From: Myxococcales bacterium
GTDB taxonomy: Bacteria; Myxococcota_A; UBA9042; JABWCM01; BTVJ01
DNA: 64,000 nucleotides
Assembly: GCA_045863395.1 (NCBI GenBank)
Contig: BTVJ01000001.1
Location: forward strand, 96,001 to 160,000
Direction: 5' to 3'
Part shown: positions 1 to 9,200 of the stretch, in pieces
Numbering within the stretch: the first letter of the stretch is position 1
Layout: every line of letters starts with the position of its first letter
Program-made: the position numbers and the translations under genes
The notes under the pieces: generated by a model
The model's input: only the letters and a program-made list of their open reading frames with translations
Databases searched by the model: none
What the model was told of the DNA's origin: nothing

Positions 1-994
1 CGCAGGCGTCATCCGTACAGAGGTTCCCGTCGAAGCAGTTGCCTGCGGCTGGGACGTGGGCACAGGTCCCGTCGTCAGGGTTGCAGGCGTCGTCGGTGCA
101 CTCGTTGTCGTCATCGCAGTCCAGCACCGCGGGCAGGGACACGCAGCCTCCGCTCCCGGGATCGCACGCGTCCGTCGTGCAGGCGTCGCCATCGTCGCAG
201 CCAAGCAGACCCTGCCCCTTGCAGGCACCTTGCGAACACACGTCCCCGAGGGTACAGGGGTCGCCGTCGTCGCACGCCTTCGTGTTGGGGTTGTTTCGGC
301 AGCCCTTCTTCTTGTCACACGTGTCCGTTGTGCAGGGGTTGTCGTCTTCGCAGTCGTCCTGCACCCCTTGGCAGCCGCCCCCGTCGCACTCGTCTTCGAT
401 GGTGCAAGGATCGCCGTCGTCGCACGCCAGCCCATCCTTCATGGCTCCGGTCTGGCACGCGCCGTCCTCGCAGCTCGCGGTCTGACAGGAGATGCCCTCC
501 ACCAGATAGGCACAGTCGTCATCCTTGGAGCACTCGCTGGCGCCGGCGTCGAGGTCACCCCCCGTGTCGCCCTGAATGACCGTAACCTTGATGGACGCCC
601 GCCCGGCGGTCCCACCGACGGCCTCACCGGCGTCGTCCACCACCTCGACTGCGATGGTGTGCGCCCCGAGGGGCACCGCAGTGAAGGTGAACCCGTCCCC
701 CTCGAAGATGCGGCCCTTCTCCTTGCCGTCCAGCGTCATGGTGAGAACGTTGCCGAACTCCGACAGCTCGATGCCTTCCACCTCCACCTTGACGACGATG
801 TCGGCGTCGAAGCCCGGAGTCTCGATGACCGCGCCATCGGTGGGCGACGCGATGGTGAGGCGTAGCTCGGTGCCGCCAGCGTCCTTGGCTCCACCGAACC
901 CGGAGAAGGGCGGGAGCTTGGATGCCTCCACGCACCCCAAGGCGAGGGGCACGAGCGCGGCCAGGAGCCACTGAACCGAGCGGGTCACCGTCAT
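1..994 (-). CDS. Cys-rich repeat lipoprotein with N-terminal Ig-like domain (3' end outside window)
   Basis: Not in the ORF track because it runs off the edge. Manual translation from ATG 994 (GGAGG upstream): MTVTRSVQWLLAALVPLALG-C (lipobox), Ig-like segment LTIASPTDGAVI...LDG...FTFTAVPLGAHTIAVEVVD, then CDDGDPCT/CDDDNECT repeats open to position 1. Confidence 0.85.
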   Translation of the reverse strand, partial: MTVTRSVQWLLAALVPLALGCVEASKLPPFSGFGGAKDAGGTELRLTIASPTDGAVIETPGFDADIVVKVEVEGIELSEFGNVLTMTLDGKEKGRIFEGDGFTFTAVPLGAHTIAVEVVDDAGEAVGGTAGRASIKVTVIQGDTGGDLDAGASECSKDDDCAYLVEGISCQTASCEDGACQTGAMKDGLACDDGDPCTIEDECDGGGCQGVQDDCEDDNPCTTDTCDKKKGCRNNPNTKACDDGDPCTLGDVCSQGACKGQGLLGCDDGDACTTDACDPGSGGCVSLPAVLDCDDDNECTDDACNPDDGTCAHVPAAGNCFDGNLCTDDAC

Positions 995-1257
995 TCCATG
1001 CCTCCGCTACCCCCTCGGGGAAGTCAGCCTCTGCGAGCGCCGGCTCGTGAGCATCCGGACGTTCTCCCCCGTCCAGGAACCCGACCGTGTGTGGGATCCA
1101 CGCCCGGGTTTGGTAGCGTGCAAGGGCCCCTGGCGTCAACCGCCCACGGTTACCGGGGGATCGATCCAGCCGGACTTCAGGCTGGTCGCCGAACGCGGGA
1201 CCGGAGACATCCTCGTGGACGCAAGCTCGCGCCCCCGTCCTGGACGCCCGATGTTCC

Positions 1258-3240
1258 CTAGGGCTCACCGCTCACGATGATCCCGCCGGTCACGGTCACA
1301 GGGAGGGAGAATGCGTCCGCGTCGGCCGCGGCGACGCCGTCCAATGTAACCAGAACGGGGGCCGACGCGGGAGCGGGGGAGAGGAGCTCGAAGCGCGCAC
1401 GGAAGACGACTGGATCGCCGACCAGCGCGCCCGCCTCGTTGTACCAGGCCTCGGTGAGGGGCGTGTGGGGAGCCCCGGGGTGCACGATGATGGCCGCGCC
1501 GCTGCCAGACCACCCCTCGAAGGTCGTCGGAGCAATGCTCACCTGGTGACCCGTGGAGAGGGGAAGGGCCCCCTGCCCCGCGACCACCTGGTCGAAGCAG
1601 CCCACTCCCTCGAAGCACAGCTCGTCGAAGAACCCGATGATGCGGGCGCGCTCCTTCGGGTAGTCCATCACCAGCTCCAGCGCGGTGGCGGGAGGGGCGC
1701 CCGAGCTGACGGCCGCGAGGCGCACGGGGCAATCGATCTGATCGAGTGCATCCCCTGTCATGGCGCACGCGGCAGCGGCGATGGAGGTCGCGGCATCACC
1801 GACCACGATCTTCTGCTCGGAGACCACGGCCGGGATCGACTCGGCCGCCGCGTTGGCCACCACCACGTTGGAGAGGGTCACCGGGTCCGTACCATCGACC
1901 TTCCGCTTGAAGACGGCCTGTACGAATTGCGGGTCTCCCTGGATGGTCCCCTCGGGATCCAAGTACGCATCGGAGATGGGCGCCGTGGGGTCCGAGATGT
2001 TGGCGATCACCACCGAGCCCTTGCCCGCCCAGGCGGCGGCGTCGCCCGGCGACAAGCTCACCGAGTGTCCCGATGGCCACAGAGGAACAGGGGGCGTGGA
2101 CATGAGCTGGCAGGGGCCCCCGATGCAGGACTCGTCCTCGAACCGAACGAACGCGATGCGGTTCGCGTCGTACAGCACGGTCATCTGGAGCGCGGCCGGT
2201 AGAGCGACGGATTGGCCGATTCGGACCAGGCGGAAGGGGCAGACGACCTCCGCGTCTGCCGCGCCCGTGACCAGACAGATGGGCTCGCCGAGCGGGGGAA
2301 CACACTCCGGGTCGGGTGTGCCGGAGCAGACCCCCTGCGAGCACACGTCTCCGAGGGAGCACGGGTCTCCGTCGTCGCACGGAGCCGTATTGGGAGTACC
2401 GACGCAGCCGCCGTCCACGCAGGCGTCATCCGTACATGGGTCATTGTCGTTGCAGGCCAGCGCGGGGCCAGGGGTGCAGATGGTGCCGGCGCAGGTCCCG
2501 CTGCCCGTGCAAGGGTTGCCGTCGTCACAAGGCTGCTCGTCCCGAACGACCAGCTCACAGGCGTCGCCGTTGCACGCCTCCAACTGGCACGGGCCAAGAA
2601 CCGCGGGCGACACAAGCTTCCCGGTGCAGTCGGAGTCGGTCTTGCAGAGCAGGATGTTCTTCTGCTCGCACCGGTTGTTGGCGCACACCTCACCGTCTCC
2701 ACACTCGGCGGCAGTGAGGCAGCAGCCTGCCACCGCCTCGTAGCTGCACAGCCCCTCCTCGCAGGCCTCTGTGCTGCACGGGTTCTTGTCCGCGCACTCC
2801 CCATCGGTGGTGCAGGCGGACACGACGGAGAACGTCACGGAGTCCTTGGAGCCGGAGCCCTCGTAGGCGCTCCCATCCCCCTTGACCGCCTGGGCCCCAA
2901 GGACGTGCAGCCCGGGCTCGGTGACAATGACGGTCCCCGTCAACGCGCGAAGGGTCATCGCGGAGGCACCGTCGAGGGACAGGGCGACGCCGTCGCCCCC
3001 GGCCGCAAGGGAGATGCCCTGGACCTCCAAGACCACCGGGACGCCAGCGGCGGCGACCGACAGCTCGAAGGCCTCGTCGTCCATCGGTCGGACGAAGGAG
3101 ACGACCACCGAGCTGGCGCTCGTGGCGTCCCCCGCGTCGGCCGAATCGGAGACCGTTGCGTCAGAGCAGCCGGTCAGGGCGACGCACCCGAAAAGTATGG
3201 CGACCAGGTGTCGCCGCCCGGACCAAAGCGGGTCGCGCAT
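1258..3240 (-). CDS. Lipoprotein (660 aa): Ig-like domain, Cys-rich repeats, two tandem cohesin-like domains
   Basis: Likely start MRDPLWSG at 3240 overlaps the upstream stop (TGATG). Lipobox [13 protein letters not shown] repeats; two ~165-aa beta-rich domains (~1798-2280 and ~1261-1770) with V-x-C-P-x-R-L...ALQ/ALE-x4-Y patterns. Confidence 0.85.
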   Translation of the reverse strand: MRDPLWSGRRHLVAILFGCVALTGCSDATVSDSADAGDATSASSVVVSFVRPMDDEAFELSVAAAGVPVVLEVQGISLAAGGDGVALSLDGASAMTLRALTGTVIVTEPGLHVLGAQAVKGDGSAYEGSGSKDSVTFSVVSACTTDGECADKNPCSTEACEEGLCSYEAVAGCCLTAAECGDGEVCANNRCEQKNILLCKTDSDCTGKLVSPAVLGPCQLEACNGDACELVVRDEQPCDDGNPCTGSGTCAGTICTPGPALACNDNDPCTDDACVDGGCVGTPNTAPCDDGDPCSLGDVCSQGVCSGTPDPECVPPLGEPICLVTGAADAEVVCPFRLVRIGQSVALPAALQMTVLYDANRIAFVRFEDESCIGGPCQLMSTPPVPLWPSGHSVSLSPGDAAAWAGKGSVVIANISDPTAPISDAYLDPEGTIQGDPQFVQAVFKRKVDGTDPVTLSNVVVANAAAESIPAVVSEQKIVVGDAATSIAAAACAMTGDALDQIDCPVRLAAVSSGAPPATALELVMDYPKERARIIGFFDELCFEGVGCFDQVVAGQGALPLSTGHQVSIAPTTFEGWSGSGAAIIVHPGAPHTPLTEAWYNEAGALVGDPVVFRARFELLSPAPASAPVLVTLDGVAAADADAFSLPVTVTGGIIVSGEP

Positions 3241-6200
3241 CACGGCGAGGTCTTGATCACAAGGTTGAGGATCTCCACCGGCAGACCGGTCGCAGACGCG
3301 TCGGAGGCGACCACGTTGTCCATCGTCACCTCGACCGGCGTTGACGCGGACACGGCCTCCGCCAGGGTGAACACCGCGGTGAACACGATGTCGTCGTCCA
3401 CGACGACCCCGTTGTCGAAGTACCCCGTGGCCAGCGGTGCCGTCGGATCGCTGGAGTTGGAGAGAACCACCGACCCGCCGGTCACCCAGCTCCCGAGGGC
3501 GGGGCTCAGCGACACCGCGTGACCCGACTGGAGCGAGGAGAAGTTGGTCGGGATGTCCCACGGAACGCAGACGGTCGGGACGAAGCACTTCTCTCCGTCA
3601 TTGAAGTGGCTGATGACCGCCTTCGTGCCGTCGTAGTGCATGTTGAACTGGAGCGCCGTCGGGACGGGGGCACCAATCGACGAGCGGGCCAGGCGAATCG
3701 GGCACTCCACGGTCTCGCCCTGGTCGCCGGAGAGCAGGCACGTCAGTCCGGCCTGGGGATCCGTACAGGCCTCGTAGGTCGGGCCAGAGCACACCCCGCC
3801 CGTGCACGCGTCGGGTACCGTGCACTGCTCACCGTCGTCGCACGGAGCCCCGTCGGCGGCCGCGACGCCGCACAGGCCCGTCGCCGGGTTGCATGCGTCC
3901 ACCGTGCAGGGATCACCGTCGTCGGCGCATGTGGTGGTCGTCCCACCGCCGCAGGTGCCGCCAACGCACGTCGTGCCGGTCGTACAGGGGTTGCCGTCGT
4001 CGCAGGCTCCGCCGTCAGCCGTCGGAAGCCCGCAGGAACCGGTGAGCGGGTTGCAGACGTCCTGGGTGCAAGCGCTGCCATCGTCCGCGCATGTCACCGC
4101 GCTGCCCACGCAGGCGCCGCCAGAGCAGGCATCACCCGTCGTGCAGAGGTCGCCGTCGTCGCAGCTCGTCCCCGAGGCGTTGGCTGCGACGCACGCTCCG
4201 GCAAAGCACACGTCACCCGTCGTGCATGCGTCACCATCGTCGCAGAGGGTGCCATCGGGCGCCAGAACGCCGCACAGCCCAGTGACCGCGTCGCACAGGT
4301 CGAGGACGCACGGGTTGCCCTGGGGCTCGCAGGTGGCCCCAGCTCCGGTGCAGACACCGTTGAGACAGGCGTCACCCGAGGTGCAGGCCTCCCCGTCCGT
4401 GCAGGGATTCCCGTTCGCGGCGTTGAGGCCGCACGCTCCAGACACGGGATTGCACACGTCGACCGTGCAGGTGTTGTCGTCGGTCCCGCACGTGACGAGG
4501 CTCCCCGAGCAAACGCCGGCCGTGCAGGTCGTCAGGTTGGTGCACGGGCTCCCGTCCTCGCAGAGGGTCCCATCGACGAGGGCGACGCCGCATGCCCCGG
4601 TCTGCGGGTTGCAGACGTCGGTCGTGCAGGGGTTGCCATCGCTGCCACAGGACTTGGGAGTCCCACCGCACACCCCGCCCGTGCACATGTCGGCTGTGGT
4701 GCAGAGATCCCCGTCGCTGCAGGCGGTCCCATTGGCGACGGCCGAGCCCGAGCAGGTGCCCATCGAGCAGGTGTCACCGGCGGTGCAGGCGTTCTCGTCG
4801 TCACACGGCGAGCCGTTGGGGACCGCCAGGCCAGTGCATACGCCCTGCATGCACAGGTCGTTGCCGGAGCAGCCGTTCCCGTCGTCGCAGACTGTGCCGT
4901 CGGAGACCGTCTCCGACACGCACACGCCGTCGAGGCAGGAGTCGGTCGTGCACGGGTTCCCGTCATCACAGGCGGAGCCGTTGGCTGCGGGCACGCCGCA
5001 CTGACCCTGCTCGTTGCAGGAGTCCAGGGTGCAGGGGTTGTCGTCGTCCGGACAGATCACGGGCGCCGCCGAGCAGGTACCGCCGATGCACTGATCGGCG
5101 ATGGTGCATGAGTCACCATCGCTGCACGCGGTCCCGTCGGTGACGGGCACGCCACACACACCCGTACCCGCGTCGCAGGTATCGGCCGTACAGGGATTGC
5201 CGTCATCGGCGCAGCCCACCACGGCGCCAGCGCAGACCCCGGCGACGCAGACGTCACCGGTCGAGCAGGCCGCGGCATCGTCGCAGGACGAACCGTCCTC
5301 CGCGAGCACGCCGCAGCCGCCCGTCGCAGGGTTGCAGACGTCGCTGGTGCACGGGTTGCCGTCGCTGGCACAGGTCTTCTCCAGGCCCACGCAGGTGCCG
5401 GCGGAGCAGGCGTCCGCGATGGTGCAGGAGTCCTCGTCGTCGCAGGCGGTCCCGTCGGCGAGCGCCGTGGCCTCGCACGTACCGCTGGCGCAGGAGCCGA
5501 CACTGGACGTGCACGGGTTCCCATCGTCGCAGGTGGAGCCATCAGCGAGCGGGGTCCCCGCGCACAGGCCACCGGAGCACGTGTCGCCCGTGGTGCACGC
5601 CTCCTCGTCGTCGCACGAGGCGCCATCCTGGTTGCCCGTGACGGTGCAGGAACCTGCCTGGCACGCCTCGATGACGCACGGGCCACCCTCGTCGCAGGGC
5701 GTCCCGTTGACAACTGCTACGCCACACGCGCCACTCGATGGGTCGCAGGCATCCGTGGTGCACGGGTTCCCGTCATCGGCGCAGGTCTTGGGCGTGCCGC
5801 CACAGACGCCGCCCGAGCAGGTGTCGAGCACCGTACACACATCGCCGTCGTCGCAGGCGATGCCGTCGGCGGCGGGAGCGCCGCAGACCCCCGTCCCCGG
5901 GTTGCAGACGTCAGACGTGCACGGGTCGCCGTCGTCGGCGCACGCGACGGGCGTGCCCTGGCAGGCGCCGGCCGCGCAGGCATCGCCGGTGGTGCAGGGG
6001 TTGCCGTCATCGCAGGCCGTGCCGTTTGCGGCGGGCAGCCCGCAGGCGCCGCTGCCGGTGTTGCAGGCCTCGACGGTACAAGGGTTGCTGTCGTCGGGGC
6101 ACTCGGTCGCCGTACCGGCGCACTCCGCGGACACACAGGCGTCATTGACGGTGCACGCCGCCCCATCCGAGCAGACCGCCCCGTCCTCCACCGCGATGCC

Positions 6201-9200
6201 GCAGAGGCCAGACGCGGGATTGCAGGTGTCCGTCGTGCAGGCGTTCCCGTCACTGGAGCACGTCACCGCCACGGCCCCGCAGGCGCCACCCAGACAGACG
6301 TCGCTCACCGTGCACAGGTCACCGTCGCTGCACCCCGAGCCGTCGGGGAGACCCACTCCGCAGGTTCCGTTCGCCGGGTTGCACTGGTCGGTCGTGCATG
6401 GATTTGCGTCGTCGTCGCAGGTGACGGACGTGCCGGCGCAGGTCCCCCCGGAGCACGCGTCCAGGTAGGTGCAGGTGCTCCCGTCTGAGCATGGGCTACC
6501 GTTGGTGACAGCCACCCCGCAGGCTCCGGTCGCCCCATTGCAGACATCGTCCGTGCATGGGTTGCCGTCGTTGGCGCAGGACTTGAGCGTCCCGGTGCAG
6601 GCCCCTGCCACGCACGCATCGGCGACGGTACACAGGTCCCCGTCGTCGCAGCTCGTGCCGTTGGGAACCGCCTGGCCGACGCAGGCTCCACCCACGCACG
6701 CATCGTTGAGGGTGCACGTGTCGCCGTCATCACACCCGCCTGCGTAGAGCGGGGTGCCGAGGCAGGACCCGCCAAGGCATTGATCGCCGCTGGTGCAGGC
6801 GTTGTCGTCGTCGCAGCCCGCACCATCGGGCCCTGGGGCCTCGAAAGCGCAGATGCCGGCAGAGCAGGACCACGTGGAGCAGGAGTCACCCCCGGCGCAG
6901 GGGGTCAGCTCTGCTACGGGGACCCCGCAGGTGCCGGTGGCGGGGTTGCAGGCGTCGGTCGTGCACTCGTTGCCGTCGTCGCCGCACACGACCGCGACGC
7001 CATTGCAGGTGCCAGCGACGCAGGCGTCGCCGCTCGTGCATGCATTGGAGTCGTTGCACGACGTACCGTTGGGCCTCGCCACGCCGCACGCGCCCGTCGC
7101 CGCGTCGCAGACGTCGTCTGTGCAGGGGTTGCCGTCATTGGCGCAGCTCTTGGGCGCGCCGCCGCACGTGCCCGCAACGCACAGATCGCCTACCGTGCAC
7201 AGATCTCCGTCATCGCACGCCGTGCCGTCTTCCACCGCGACACCGCACAGGCCGGTCACCGAGTCGCACACGTCCGTCGTGCATGCGTTGCCGTCGTCGC
7301 CGCAGGTCTTGGGAGCGCCCGAGCAAGTGCCGGAGGAGCATGTGTCTCCCAACGTGCAGGCGTCTCCGTCACTACACACGGTGCCGTTGGGGACCACCGT
7401 GCCGGCGCAGGCACCCGCGACGCAGGTGTCGTTGATGGTGCAGGGGTTGCCGTCATCGCACGAGCCCAGGATGGGCGCGCCGGGCTGGCAGGCGCCGCCC
7501 TGGCACGTGTCACCGCCCGTGCAGGCGTCCCCGTCGCTGCAGGGAGCGCCATTCGCGAGCGGCGCGCCGACGCACACCCCCGCCTGGCAAGCGTCCGTCG
7601 TGCAGGTGTTGCCGTCGTCACAGCTCGTACCGTTCGGCAGCGCCACGCCGCACGCCCCCGTCGCGGGGTTGCACGCGTCCTGGGTGCAGGAGTTTCCGTC
7701 GTCGCCGCAGGTCTTCAGCGTCCCGGAGCAGACCCCGGCCTGGCACAGGTCATTCAGGGTGCACGGGTTCCCGTCATCGCAGGCCGTCCCGTTCGAGCCG
7801 GGCGCAGTGCAGTCCCCCGGCACACACGACGCCGTACACTCGGCCGAGCAACCCGCTTCGGCGCCGCCACAGGACCCCGAGCTGCACGCATCCAGGTACG
7901 TGCAGATCTCGCCGTCGTCACAGGCCGTCCCGTCGGCGGCCGCAACGCCGCAGGCGCCGGTCATCGGGTTGCAGGCGTCCACGGTGCAGCCGTTGCCATC
8001 GTCTGCGCAGGTCTTGGGCGTGCCGAGGCAGGCGCCGCCCAAGCACTGGTCGCCAGTCGTGCACAGGTCTCCGTCGGTGCAGGACGTCCCGTTGGACACC
8101 ACGGTACCGGCGCAGGCGCCGCCCGAGCACACGTCACCCGCGGTGCAAGGGTTGCCGTCGTCGCAGGGGTTACCGTTGCCAACGCCCGTACCGATGCACG
8201 CGCCCCCGGCGCACATGTCGCCCGTCGTGCAGGCGTCGCCGTCATCGCAGGACGTCCCGTTCGCCAGGGGCGTGCTGATGCAGACACCACCGACGCACGC
8301 ATCTGCCGTGCACGGGTTGCCGTCGTCACAAGGACCGCCGTTCGGCACCGGGAGCCCACAGGTCCCTCCCTGGCAGGTCTGGGACGTGCACGCGTCGCCG
8401 TCGTCAGGACAGATCACCGCCAGGCCGCCGCAGGTGCCGCCGGTGCAGGCGTCGCTGGACGTACACAGATCCCCATCGTCGCAGGTCGTGCCGTTGGGAG
8501 CCGGGGCCCCGCAGGAGCCGCTGACGCAGGCGTCAACCGTGCACGGGTCGCCATCGGGGGCACAGAAGACCGAGCCACCCTGACACGCTCCGCTGAGGCA
8601 CACGTCGCCCGTGGTGCACGCGTCCCCATCGCTGCAAGATGAGCCATCCCCGGCCCACTGCCCGCATGACCCGGTCGACGCATTGCAGACATCTACTGTG
8701 CATGGGTTGCCGTCGTCTGCGCAGGTGAGGATCACGCCGCCACAGCTCCCGCCTTGGCACTGGTCGCTGTGAGTGCAAGCGTCCCCGTCGTTGCAGGACG
8801 CGCCATTGGGCAGAGTTGCGCCGCCCCCACAGGTGCCGCCAGTGCAGAGCTCGCCCACGGTGCAGGAGTTGGAGTCGTCGCAGGGGGAGCCGTCGGGGAC
8901 ACCCGAGCCACCGCCACAGACGCCCGCCGTGCAGGTCTCTCCCGTGGTACACAGGTTGTCGTCGTCACACGGAGATCCGTTGGCGACGGGTGCGCCGACG
9001 CACACGCCGTTGGAGCAGGAGTCCGCGGTGCATGCGTCGCCATCGTCGCAGGCCGTGCCGTTGGCAGCCGGCGGGTAGCACTCTCCGGTCGCCGGATCGC
9101 ACTCGTCTGCCGTGCACTCGTGCCCGTCGTCGGCGCAGGTCTTCGGGGCACCACCACACACCCCGGCGGTGCACACGTCCGCGACGGTGCACTGGTCGCC

